Shown piece by piece: positions 26,791-39,520 of a DNA stretch of 64,000 bases. The notes under the pieces were generated by a model. That model had not been told where the DNA came from. It did not search any database and was given only the letters and a program-made list of their open reading frames with translations. Position numbers and translations under genes: made by a program. Position 1 is the first letter of the stretch. Every line of letters begins with the position of its first letter. The DNA is from Lingula anatina. Taxonomy: Eukaryota; Animalia; Brachiopoda. Where the stretch lies: contig CM120642.1 of the NCBI GenBank assembly GCA_051362555.1, forward strand, positions 15,562,001 through 15,626,000. Reading direction: 5' to 3'.

Positions 26791-29700
26791 ATGAAGAAGG
26801 CACTGCTACTGACCATAGCTATTGTTATTATAGCGTTTCTCATACGAAATTCGGAAGTGTGCCACCCGGCAGCGGTCATTATCCCCGTGATGACCGCGAT
26901 AACAACGATCGCCGTGGTCTCCATCGCGGCAGCAGCGAATCAGAATTGGAAAAAGGGAGGAGGGCGGCCACCCCCTGGTACTCCTGACCACCCCCCCTAC
27001 GTACTGACATGCCCCCCTGATAGGTTCTACACGGCATCACGAGGGCGAACCACCGCTTACACGTCTGCTGAGTTTGTAAGGGCAACGTATGGGAGTCCGC
27101 CGGAACGCGTCCAAGGGCCAGAGCTTGGCGGAGCGCTAGCAGAGGGTATGCAAACGTTTATTTGTCCTTAAAAATCGAATTCATAATGTAAAATCCAGCA
27201 AGAACGGATTGTAATAGTAATTATTTATTTCCACAATTTAATTTTGGATATGTCAATGGATCCAATGACGCATAGTACGTAATTAAAAATAGTTGTCATT
27301 TTCCAAGTTTGGTATTTTACATGTATCACATTACCACAATAATCAAAAACATTTGAAACTGATAATGGCATAGTACGAAAGCTAGCTAGCTCTTAACGAA
27401 AGAAATGAACATCGTATCAAGTATCATCGTTGCAGTATTTTTATAGTGAATTTTGAATTATATCTATCACTTATCAAATAATCTAGAAGAGCTGTAGGGT
27501 TAAAAACATCAAACCGGAACTTATGTTTAGCAAACACATAAAGCTAAAAAAACTACTGTACAACCTGATCGCTATGTTACAATGTACATCAACCGAAAAT
27601 AATTAAAGACAATTCTAAAATGGACCATATCTCGAACAACCAGTCTTAAGATAATGTACTTTTTAGCTATTTATTTACAAAAAAAACTTTGCAATATTCT
27701 ACACATAGCGACTGAACAATACACATGTATCCGCATTCTCAGACCATTGTCGAGTCAGGAAATTTTTACTTTAAAATAGAAAACACAAAAGCATTTCAAG
27801 AAAAACATAGCAATCCCACGCAAGCCTCATGAAATTAAAAACGCACCTATAAATATGTATGACTGAAATGTAAAATTCATAACAGACTGATAAATTGTTT
27901 CTGTAAGAAATATTACAATTATTTTTACATGTATGTTTGGTTGATAACTAGACATAGACAGTCAAATCAAAATTACGTTACATACAGAGTAGAAATGCTA
28001 TTATGCAGCAATGTAGCAGGGTGAATATCAGACAGAACATACCTAAACACAATATAGCATGGGTAAATTGCGGGGAAAATGGCCTACCTCTTTTGAATCA
28101 ATGTTCCAGGTAATTTCAACACCAGTCCTTTAATACCTCTACTCACATAATTTGCTACCCTGACAAAGCATCTTATATTCAAGATCGTTCTAAAATGCAG
28201 ACTGAAAAAATTGTACCTCAATGTGATCTTTTTTGCAATAATTTTGTGAGTAATTCTGTAATTAAAATTGCGAGCTTTAAATTAAGATTAATACAAAAGT
28301 ATTGCCCGTTTCCCCTTAATGATCAGTTTGGAGTGACCGTATTTCTCATTATTTCAGGGGTCTACAAAATTGTTTACCGCGGAAACGATGCCCAGGGCAA
28401 ACCTCACGACTGCAGCTTTACCGTCACCGTCAGTGTGACAAGGTGTCCAAGCAACATGACAGCCCCTGAACACGGGGAAATGGAATGCGATCCGCCTGGA
28501 AACATCTATGGAACACAGTGTAACTTCCGGTGCTCAAAACAAGGCTATGCCCTGGTGATACCCGGTGAAACCCGAGATATATCAACAGCCAGAACAGAGT
28601 GTACTGCAAATGGGACTTGGTCTGAGAACATATCTCCAGTGTGTGTCCATCGTTGTCCAGATATCCCGCCGCCGGGCAACGGGTATGTGTCATGCACAGG
28701 GAACAATAAGATCATATGTAGAGCGTACTGTAATCCTGGTTACGACAACGCCATGTTTTATCAAACGGACCGGGGGTTCTACTGGTGCAGCACTGACGAC
28801 GGGGTTTGGAAACCATCCCTTACCATACCGCCGTGTTCCAAAATGCCGGACGATTTTCTTGGACTTTTCCATACAAGCACATTTAACGTGAGTTGTAATG
28901 ATAATAGCTCCCTTGCAAAACTAAAAGAGAGTATGATTGCTGAACTACCGACTTTCCTGAAGGATGAATACCAAGACGTCATAGAAAATTTTACTGTGCG
29001 CATCAATTGTTCCAAAAATGAAAGGAAAAAGAGAAGTCTTCAAGAACTTGTTGAACACCAGCGCATTAATGACAGCGTCCTTGGAGGTACCGGAGAGGGC
29101 ACTGCCCAGGTTACCATTGAGGTCTTGGTGAAAAGAATTCCTACTGCGTCTGGTTTTGAACGCCGCCAAACTCTTTACGGGATATTTTCCGCCCTTAACA
29201 GAGCCACAGAAACAGCGTCGAGCAATGTCGGTATTTCTAAGATATCTAGATCCAAGTATGGTATTGATATTCAATGCAAAGAAGGCACTGTGAAAAGTGA
29301 CATTAATCTCGCATGCATCGCGTGTCCACAAGGAACTTATTACAACTCGACTTCGAAAGTGTGCACGCTCTGCCCCCTTGGCTCGTATCAAAATGAAAGC
29401 GGGCAGACGTCATGTAAAACTTGCCCGAACGGAGAGACAACGCTCTTGACAGGGTCCAAACAATATGATGATTGTATTACACGTCGCATTTGGGGGGCTT
29501 GGACAGCGTGGGGCGAGTGCAGTGTCACGTGCGGTGGTGGGCATAAAATGAGGACCAGAAGTTGCGTGGCAGATGCGGAATTCTGTCCGACACCCGGTCA
29601 GGTCGAGAAGAAACCATGTAATACAGAGTTATGTCGCTCTTGTGTCCCTTTAGTCGCCCCAAATAACTCCGCCCTGCAGTGCCAGAAGGAAAATGACGCC

Positions 29701-31701
29701 ACCACATGCAGTCTGACGTGCGCTGATGGTTATGCCTTCAGCAGTCCAGTTTTGGAGAAGTACACGTGTGGTCCTCTCACAGCGTTCCTGTGGCCACATC
29801 AAACCACAGATAACCCTAATGGCACCCTGCCCAACTGTGCTGAGCTAAAGGAAAATGACTTGCAATTTTATCTACAAACAGAGTTTCCATTGCCAAGGCC
29901 AATAAGTTGCGATTCTCCAGAATATTCCGACGCAGCTGAACAAATAAAGACCCATTTTGATACATTCGTAGGGTCATCAATTTGCCACCAGGCTCAATTG
30001 TGTAGTTTCCAGCCCCCGAAAATCATTGAATGTATAGTAGCTCCTGATAATGCAACTTCAAAGTTGACGGTGGGATCTCACGGAAAATACCTCGGAACTG
30101 ACGTGAAGTCACGCGAGGCAAAGCAAGTGTACGACGAAATGGTCAAACTTGGTCAAGATTTCAAATCAAAGGTTGAAAATGGGGAGATCGGTATCATTAT
30201 TGACGGCCAATTCATTCCGCCTGATATCTCGTCAACACAGGCCACAGGGGGGCGCGGTTGTCCATTGGGGTCCATTTTCACCTCCGACTTTTCAGCGTGT
30301 GTTGAGTGTCAGCCAGGCACTTTTTACATGGATCCAAAACAATGCTTTCTTTGTGACATTGGATTCTATCAACCGAATCAAGGGCAGTTGGATTGCATTC
30401 AGTGCCCCAGTGATACTTCAACTAAGACTCGAGGTGCCTCTAGCATCTCTGAATGCCTACCAATAAAGGCTTGTGTGGATCCCGGTGTTCCTCAACACGG
30501 GGAGAGATATGGGGATGAGTTCAACCCAGGTAGAACCGTGTACTTCAAATGTGACGATGGCTTCAGAATGGTGGGTAAACCATCTTTAAAATGCAAGGAC
30601 AGTGGAGATTGGAGTGGAAGTACTCCTAGATGTGCCAGAGGTGTTGCGCTGTCTTGCGGTTTTGAAGAAGATGATTTGTGCGGTTTTAGAACGGAACAGA
30701 TTCGGGGAAATGCAGACTGGACGAGAACATCGAACTTGGACTTTCCAAGAGAGGGTGATGGCATCCCCTTGGTCAATGACCCTGCACCAACACCCAGAGG
30801 CAAATATTTTCTTTATTTAAACTATTCTGGAGAGGACAGTTCTGATACACTCTCAGCGAGAGCTAGATCCCCTATCGTAGAAAGGAGCAGTTCTCAGTGC
30901 TTGGAATTCCATTTCAGTGCTGGGGTAAAGACACACTGTGCTAAAAAGCAAAAAGCTCCCCCTTCTTTGTCCATCAAAGTACAAGACTGGGTGTCCAAAA
31001 ACCAAACTGAACTTTGGAAATACAAAGCTAGCACATTTATATCCTGGAGGACGATGGTCATTCCCCTACCCCAGTCGTTTGAAGCCTACCAAGTCCAAAT
31101 TGAGGGGTCACTTTCAAATGACCCACAAATGTTTTTAGCAGTAGATGACGTCATCGTTCGAGCCTGTACTCAAGATGATGACACTTCTGGAGCTGTGAGT
31201 GGACGATCTGGTGACGTCATCAGTAGCTGTAACTTTGATTGGTCGTTCTGCTCTTGGAAAGACTCACAATATTGGAAAATAGTGAGTTCCGATCCACACA
31301 GCCCCCAGAGGAAAATCTATGCAGCCCTAACCAATCAAGAAACCCGTTCAACTTTTGTGGCATCTAATCTGGTGTCAGAAAATATCACTGGCAACTCTGA
31401 TTTCATGTGTATACGGTTTAAATACATCGTTCACTCGTTTTCACGCCTTACACTTTTGGTCCGTATGCGAAAGGGGCCTAACTCATATTGGTCCTTTTAC
31501 GTATGGTCGGACTGTATACTCACCATGAATTGGCAGTTGGGACCGAACAGTGTCACCCCCTGGCGGGAGGCAGAGGTGACTATACGATCACCCGGCCAGG
31601 CCTTCCAGTTAGTTTTTTCTGGAGTTTTGTTTGATTGGAACCCGCGACTGCACGAGATCGGACTGGATGATGTGACCGTCAGTCTTGGAGCCTGTGTTTG
31701 A
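26791..31701 (+). CDS. Large secreted modular protein (SVEP1/SRPX-like modules): HYR, CCP x2, furin-site spacer, GCC2/GCC3 Cys-rich, TSP1, CCP, spacer, Cys-rich, CCP, MAM x2; 1232 aa
   Basis: Exon 26791-27145 (G|GTATG donor) joins exon 28358-31701 in phase 1 inside the HYR domain (GP.LGGALAE-G-VYKIVYRGNDAQGKPHDCSFTVTV). Other motifs: CP.GTY...C..CP.GSYQ...GQ.SC..CP (Cys-rich), WGAWTAWGECSVTCGGG..MRTRSC (TSP1), CGFEEDDLCG...AVDDV and CNFD..FC.W...GLDDV (MAM), RKKR (furin site). The ORF-track start at 28195 is intronic. Confidence 0.9.
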
Positions 31702-32738
31702 GAGCAATTTGACCGTGTAAATCAACGAACATAGTTCTTTTTCTTTATAAAGTGGACCTTTTTATCCCATATGCTGACTCAAATTGCGAAATGGCAAAGG
31801 GTCATGGTTTGATTCAGAGTAGACCTTTGCCAGTCGAAAGGGCAATTCTTTCGACCCCTCCCCCCAAATCCCTGTCTACGGGCCTGTACATACAAAGGGT
31901 TCTCCACATGGTAGATTATTTGATTAATTCCTTTTTGATCTATTAGGTTGCATGTTGAATGTACGTAAGATATGGGCCGAGAACATTGTATACGGAATTT
32001 GATTTCATATTCTCTGTAGTTTCATTTGAGCATCTTTGCATTACTTTTGATTAATAGCTTTCTTTTCTTTTTTTGAATTAAATATATAGACAATAAATCT
32101 CATTTAAAAGCCTTTAACGTTTTAGATTATCTGCAACTGGGTGTTTTGTCGTTATGAATTGACGAATACATCTTTTGGTAGGAGTCACGTAAGAAACAAA
32201 CCAAAAAACAAAGTTTAATTTAATTGTCATTTGGCGCTTTATCATACTTTTATTCTCTTACAGTTATGACATCACAGCAAATATAATGTACAGGGCAAAT
32301 TTGTCAAACAGCCGTAGCGTAATCTATTTTTCAACCTGCCTGCTTTGCATCATGCGTTTAAATTGACCTGAATTTATGCTATGATAAAGTCATCTACGTA
32401 TTTGATTTAAGTAAGGTGGATATCGAAAACGTGTTTACTCTGATGTGAAAAGACATTATTAAAAAAAAACTGATACAGAACAAAATGAGGTCCGTATTGG
32501 AAAAAAATTAAACGGCACTTCTCCGTTGTAAAAAGACAGAAACTCTACTTGGAAGGTTTTGTAAGATGACTATCTCATGGCAAGGCTTAATGATCTGTTA
32601 CCGTTGCCAAATACAATGTGTTTGGATGCCTATTGTATAGGTACTCTGCTGAGAAGGACAAGGTTTGTTTAGGCAGATTATTGCGCTTTTGTAGTGATAA
32701 AGTTATTTTAAGTCAAACTTCTTCAAAAATGAGGGGCG

Positions 32739-35430
32739 TTATTGATTTACAGTCTCTCCCTGTTCCTGGTCTGGCTCCTCGTCACGTTGCTTTATTCCTG
32801 TGTAGATGAGAAGGTTTGTCGTATCCTGCTCTAAGCTCTCAAGTATTTTGGCAATCTCTTGTTTCATTACGTTGGCACAAGAACTGTCTATGCTCTCCAT
32901 AATATTTAAATTTGGAAGGAGAAAATGAGGACATGACATCCCTTGCAGACATTGCTGTAACAGTCCGAGAAACATGAAGAAACATTCAGGGAATGTTTTA
33001 ATTTTGGCAGCGTGTTTCTTAAACTGCCAAAACATTAATGTTCTCAGAACGTGCTGATTTAACGGTTTCCAGCTGTTTTGGACCTCGCCATTTGCTATCA
33101 TGAGCTGTAAAACACGTATCACGGTGGCAGGAGCACCTACCCCGCCGCGAAATGAACAAATTGTCTTGAAGAAATGATCCTCTACCGGGGCAAAGCAGAA
33201 TTTCCACAGTCTCGAACATTTCACGGGATTTCGCGAGACGTTAGCATGGCATCTTGAATTCTGAAGCGTTTTGCTTAAAGAGACTGGTCTTGCTTCCAGA
33301 TACCACATACTTGCGCCATCTGACATTGCATCGTCTATGTCAGCTAAACATTGTCTGCCTAGTTCACAGTAGGGTTTTTGTTTTGGAAGGGGTTGCTGTA
33401 TTGTGGCGCCTTGCGGCCAGTTATACCCTTTACAGGCTATTACGATATTCACAGTCAGTTCTTTCTTCTCTTCTTTTTCTTCTTCTTCATCGCTGTCGCT
33501 CTCTTTGGACTTCGATGTGGTGTTGTTTTTATCTTCCCCCTCTTTCTCTTCTTTCTCGTCTGTGAGAATCTTAAGCACAAGGCTCGGCTTGGTTTCTATC
33601 ATAAGAACCTTTTTCATGTCCTTGTCGCCCTTGTCTTGGAGATATTGAAGGGCATCCTTAATGGCTGAAAAAAAAACGATTTGAATTGGAAAAATAATAA
33701 TCTTTAATCTACGTCTATCCATTTCAATATAATAATCTAATACCTTTACTGCACTGTCACTATGAATGTATGTCTTTCGAATGCCGTTCAAAAATAGTGA
33801 TTTTTAAGTTTCATATAATGTAAATTCAAGACTCTCTACCAGTCACCAATATTAATGTCGAATCAGACTAATGTATGAAAAAATACAGAAAAAAAAGGTA
33901 AAGTTTAAGACTGAATATACCTTTCGCAAAGAAGGGATAAATGGCTCCGGGCATGAGGAACCCGTCTCCATCAATGCAGTCCTGCCACGCAGTCCTCACC
34001 GAGATCTTCTCTCCCCTCGTAAAGCGTTCATTCACACAGAAGAACGCATAGCCAGGCGGTACGTCATGATTTAGGCCGGAGATTGGCTGGAAAGAAAAAC
34101 CACAGTTGCTGCTTTATTGATTTGAGAAGATTTTCACATACATGTCCTCAATAAAAATCAATTAAAATCAGGCGTAGGGTGAGAGGCCAAACTTAAAAAT
34201 TACTCAACTTACTATGAAAAATGACAACCTTGGTCTCAAAATCAATTAAACGGCATGTACTAAAAAAAAAAAAAAAAAAAACAGGCAAAACCCTCAGTAA
34301 TGTGTAATAAAAAGGGGCGACCTTCAAAAACCTTTTTACACTATTTTGGATCAATTTTTATCGACACCATTTCAGCTCTGTTTATTGTGATAAGATTGGA
34401 TACAGTTTCCGACACGTTATAGACGGTAGTTGTTAAAAAATCCATGAGGCCATTGATGAACTTTGAGTAGAAATACTTTAGCTTTTGTATCCATCAATTT
34501 TCTGCTCAACAATCTATTTTCATATTTAGCTGTTTTAACAATTTCACGAAACGTAGGCATAAAATATGGGTCCAAACTAATACTTTTTATCTATTATGTT
34601 CAGGTCAATTAAAAGAATTTGAAGACTGCATGAACATGAAAACCAGCACGAATTTTAGAGCAAGTGGCAACAACATTAATTCTATGACTCGGAGAAAAGG
34701 AAAGTCAAGAAAACGTTTGCTAACAATGGTTAGATCTGTATTATATCCCATCAAACGCTCACCTGAAAACTTCCTGGGATTTCAAATCCTTTAACAAACA
34801 TGCGACAATCGAACGTATCCACGTCCAGTGCTTGGTAAGTTTCGACCTGGGTTGCCAGTCCCGGGTCTTCAAAATAGGCGTTACATCTCCTGTTTCCACG
34901 CCATGCAACGGTCAGTAGTCGGTTGGTTATGGCCTGTACCTTCTCGAAGTTGCGACGTTCCTGGCGTTCTAGTTCTGGGACTTTTTCACTGACAATCTGG
35001 TCCAAGTAGACGTTGAGCTCAATCTGCCGCTTTTCTGCTCGAACTTTTGGCGTAGTCTGGGTGACAGTAGTGTTGCCTGAAAAGAAAAATTATCAAATGA
35101 ATAAATAACACAAATATTCTAGAGTGTCCAGGTACATGTAGGCATTGTACATGTAGTGGTTGAGCTCAATCTGCCGCTTTTCTGCTCGAACATTTGGAGA
35201 TGTCTGGGTGACTGTGCTGTGACATAAAGGAAAAATTATCGTATGCATAAATAACAGAAATGTTATGCTATGGGAGAGGGTGCAAAGTTCCACATAGCTT
35301 AAATTAGCTAACTTAAATCACGGGCGAATAAAACGATATAAGTTTAACCAAACAAAACAAAACAAAAAAAAATTCACCAATTCACAAATCAACTATTTAT
35401 CTTCCTAACCGTACCAAGAAGACTCTGCAT
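32739..35430 (-). CDS. Mab21/cGAS-like (cGLR-fold) nucleotidyltransferase-family protein; common exons plus the proximal first exon
   Basis: Exons 35430-35415 (MQSLL-G, tentative), 35076-34763, 34086-33921 and 33664-32739 join in frame. Mab21 hallmarks: PPGYAFF, W..CI..DGFL, VNIVIAC...WP, WKFCFAPVE, LNQHVLRTLMFW, L.QCL...SCPHFLLPNLNI. Confidence 0.85.
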
Positions 35431-37412
35431 TAACTGCGTCCAGTAACCATGGAGACGCTCCTGGTGCCGCACCTGAGATATCGCAGCTGATCTGAATATG
35501 AAACTTCCACCACGCCCGCTCGATTTCCGCGAACTAGGCGAGTCAGATGCCCTCCGAGACGCAATCATTATAAAGCTGTTATATAAATATCATGGGATAT
35601 CTTAGTTCAAAGAATCCTACTGTATTTACACCTTTCTTCGCATAGTGGTTACAAGTGTTTATGCTGATATGGCCACGGTGATTTCTTTACCTCATATAAA
35701 TATGCACATAATCATTACTTTATTGACTAATCTTCTGTCTTACTCCAACCAGCCTTACCATGTTACGTGGACGTGGCCTTTGACTGATGATCTTTAAATC
35801 GTTTTCTTCATTGATTACTAATAAGTTATTTATAATTCCATTTATGTGAGTTATTGGCCTCTACTCGTTTCTATAACCCGAAAAAAATATTGTGTCCCTT
35901 CGTCAGGTAAAATCTATGCATTTATCATAGGGACTTACCATGTAAAAGCACAGGTTACAGAAATGCTTGTTTTTTGCAGACTTTTGATTAAACTTGTACA
36001 AGCAATACGACGTAAGGCCTATTCACATATTGCTTTTTAGACTGCCTACAATATTTAACACATGTGCTTAAAAAAACGAGCATAAAGAAAGAGGGGTATT
36101 TGTCAGAGGTAAAAAACAACAAGGCACATTATTTTCACCCATTTTATAAACATCGCGAGCAGACCAAAGCAGGAAGCGTGCGCATGCGAAGTGCTGCTCG
36201 ACTGTTGGGTAGTTGCTAGGGGGCAAGTCTGCAGCGCTGAAGACCGACGTCATTGCAGCTCATTCATTTAAAACGGAATCGATTACCAATTGCGGTGACT
36301 GGTGACAGAGTGTTATAACCGATGAACTGCTAATATTTGATTAACATTTAGTTCATGAATATAGCATTTAGGACATTTTTAAAGCAAGCGGTAATCGATT
36401 GCATAAAAAACGACTAATAGGCATAGTTGTATGTTCCACAAAGCGTTCAGTTTTTACGTGCTAGGGACCTTTCCAATAGCCGTACCTAACTCTAACATGC
36501 ATTTTATGTAAATGCGACAGGCTTCTATCATTTTAAATGAAACTGAGAATATTTGAAGACATTTATTATGTTTCAGCAAAATAAATCTTGAGGGTTTTGA
36601 TAGGCCTATATCATACATAAGATGAAGAACTACGGGTAAGGTAATGCAATTATTGCAAATACATCACATTAGTACCCTGAGTACACATTAGCGACTTACT
36701 GTTGAAACCGGACGAATACCCATTATTTTATACCGTAAATATCACCTTGAATGGACTCTTTGTATTGTTTTGAAAATAACTTTTCCATTGTATTTACAAT
36801 TAAACGAAATAATTAGAACTTGGTTAAGACCCGACTTTCCACTAAGTATGTTTTTCGATTGAAATGAGAGATCCATGTACGATCTCATTTGCAAGTGGCC
36901 GTATATTAAGATTATGCAAATGAATCTTGAAAAAAAAGACATTACATGTTACTGACGCTAAGTGAATATTTCAAGGTACATGCATTGTAATTTAGTCTCA
37001 TTTCTTCCGGAACATGAATGACACACATATCAAAACAACCCAATCTCATACCATCAGTTATCACCAAAGTAAGTGGCGGATCGAATTCGACCAATTAATG
37101 TTAAATCACCAAGGTCTTACGCGTCATGAGCTAATTCCATTAGCATAGGACACCATGCTGCACTTTCTTTTCTTTAAAAAACTGCAATCTTACATACGAT
37201 TACAAATGTTATGTTTTCTAGAACCTTAAATCCACGCCTTACAACATTATCCATCTTTACTTATTTTTTTAAAATAACAAACATCTATGAATGAATACTG
37301 AGAAAACCACAAAACCTTACGGAAACACTGGGGGAAAATTAGATCGCTATACACAATACATTGGCATAGGCTGAATTTTACATTTTCACCAACGTTTAAA
37401 AGCCCTACTTAC

Positions 37413-37476
37413 TTTGGTCGCAGAAGCTAAATCTCGAACTAGGCCGGTCAGAGTTACGGGTAGGTGGTCGCGACAT
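37413..37476 (-). CDS. Candidate alternative first coding exon of the Mab21-like gene (MSRPPTRNSDRPSSRFSFCDQ)
   Basis: gccATG start, 64 nt, consensus A|GTAAGT donor in phase 1, compatible with the acceptor at 35076; locally GC-rich. Confidence 0.55.
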
Positions 37477-38521
37477 GGCGTGAAAAGTGACCGCTGTTCC
37501 TTTTTGGCTTCAGCAACTAATTCCTGGCTATCTGCGATGACTTGTGTCCCGTGTTTGGGTTGCAAGCCAGATGCCGGGTTACCGGTGTGAACATTAAGGT
37601 TGTAGTTTAAGCGTAGTCAACCGAAAGTTTTCTTATCTTATCGAATTCTCCCGTAAGCTCCCGATTAGCCTATTCAACTTTTTCACGTTCGGCCAATCAA
37701 TACAATGCAAATGAAAACAGAAGGGTAGTAATTGCTTACAAAGATTTTGAAAGGGCAGGCATTTCGATTTCGTCACCCGACATCGTGTGAAACGAGCACT
37801 TCAATGCGAAGTTATTTGGGAAGAAAACACTTCAATCGCTCTTGATTTCACCAGCCTTAGTATTGAGTCTCTACTGTCAACATTTTTTGTAACGCGATGG
37901 GAAATTACCATCTTAACGGGATCATTACTAAATAATACAGAGTTCAAATATTGTTTGTTTTCTTACTTCAAGCTATACGACGAATAAGAGAGCCCACAAT
38001 ACTCCGGATCCCAATATCTATGTATCGACTTCACTTTTTGTACTTGTATTTGTTGCAAATAAACTTGCTCTTAGAAACAGAAAATAGAAAAAGGATTGTG
38101 ATAGAAGTTTTTACAGCATATCGGACAAATGTCACTTGTACAAAGTAATGGAGAACAGACTACGGTTCTTAGCGGACTACAATTCCTGTCGCACTCGTAT
38201 TTTTACAATCAAAGCCAGTTGGTTAACAAATTTCGAATTCGACATGCGGCAGGCTGCAAAAATTCATTTTGGTTTATGGACATTTTTTTCACTTTGTTCA
38301 GGTCTTATATGCTGTAGTGCAACTATAAAAGAAAAGCGTTTTCCTTAAACACTTTTTTTCATAAGACTGTTCATGTTTTTTTTTTTAATATTTAATTTTG
38401 TTTTAGGTTCAACTACGTGAAGGTCTATCGATTACATTAAAATAAAGGACCATTGCGGTAGTTGAGCAAGTATCCCTCGATACGACCTACACTTCGGGTG
38501 ATTCCGTATTTCATCATTTAC

Positions 38522-38555
38522 CAGCCGAGTTGTCCCGAATGCCGTTATTTGCCAT
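38522..38555 (-). CDS. Candidate alternative first coding exon of the Mab21-like gene (MANNGIRDNSA)
   Basis: ataATGG strong Kozak context, 34 nt, G|GTAAAT donor, phase 1. Confidence 0.35.
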
Positions 38556-39321
38556 TATAGGGCACCTGTATGACACATTGTCATCTATGGGAAATGCAAT
38601 ATATTTCTTTTAAGGATTACATTAAAAAAATAAATGCTCAAAATAAAAATCAACATCTTTCATTTAGATTTGCCTATTAGTGCACTATAAAGAAGGTGCG
38701 GATCCATGATTATTTGAAGGGGGGGGGGGGGGGTCTGCAGATGCGAAGCCAACCCCCCTTGTACCGCGGGCCCCAAAAAATTTTGGTATTTTAGAGGGCA
38801 AACGCTGCCATTTGGTGCATGTGTGCATTTTAGAATTTAGAACTTCAGCTAGTCATAATCCTAATTTCAAGAGGAGACCATTGGTGTGTTTTTATTTTTC
38901 AGAAATCGAAGGGGGGGGGGGGGGGTCAGGACTCCCCTGACACCCCCTAAATCCTCCACCGAAAAAGCAAGGTAGACAATTTCAACAGAATAGGTGTTAC
39001 TCTATCCCAAAACCCAACGATCAATCAAATTGGTTAACTACCAAACGATATACGTGCCATTGTTCGTTTTACATTTCTTGAATCATTTTTCATTTTAATG
39101 GAATTTTTTTTATCGATTCCCTTTATTTCAATTGAAAAAAAAACTACTTCCTTCACAGAGGGGCATTAAGGATAGATTTATATCCACCAAAATATCAGCA
39201 AATACCTTGGCAAAACTAATTTTTCAAAAAGAATCCTCGAGCATGACAAAAAAAAGATCTACAGCGTTCGATTTTTAGAATAAAACTCCTGTCCGACAGT
39301 GGGGTGCGACAAAATACGTAC

Positions 39322-39520
39322 CAAGTAAACCACGAATAAGACCTTTCCAATGCCCATCGCGTCTTTTCTCTGCTTCTTGAGCCTCCTCCTCGGCCGATTT
39401 CTTCCTCCACCAAGGGGAAGGGGATCCGGCGGCACTTCTGGCTTGTCTGATAGCGCGTGCACTCACACTGCTGCGTTTCCTGCTGCCGTAAGCAGGGGCG
39501 CTGACAGCACGTTGGGACAT
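39322..39520 (-). CDS. Candidate alternative first coding exon of the Mab21-like gene (66 aa, basic/Ser-rich, MSQRAVSAPAY...KGLIRGLL)
   Basis: GC-rich 199-nt open frame ending CTTG|GTACGT in phase 1. It has the same CTTG|GTAC junction as the proximal exon. Confidence 0.6.

Noticed and set aside
28195-28357. ORF-track N-terminus of the 1168-aa ORF
   Set aside because: It is intronic read-through. The acceptor at 28357 joins the signal-peptide exon and restores the HYR domain.
26661-33668. Many antisense and overlapping ORFs over the large HYR/CCP and Mab21 exons
   Set aside because: They are expected shadows of GC-richer coding sequence and have no independent domain or splice support.
36700-37762. 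Additional ATG-plus-donor mini-exons at 36723-36700 and 37762-37740 (- strand)
   Set aside because: They are phase 0 and phase 2, incompatible with the phase-1 acceptor at 35076. They show the chance background for such motifs.
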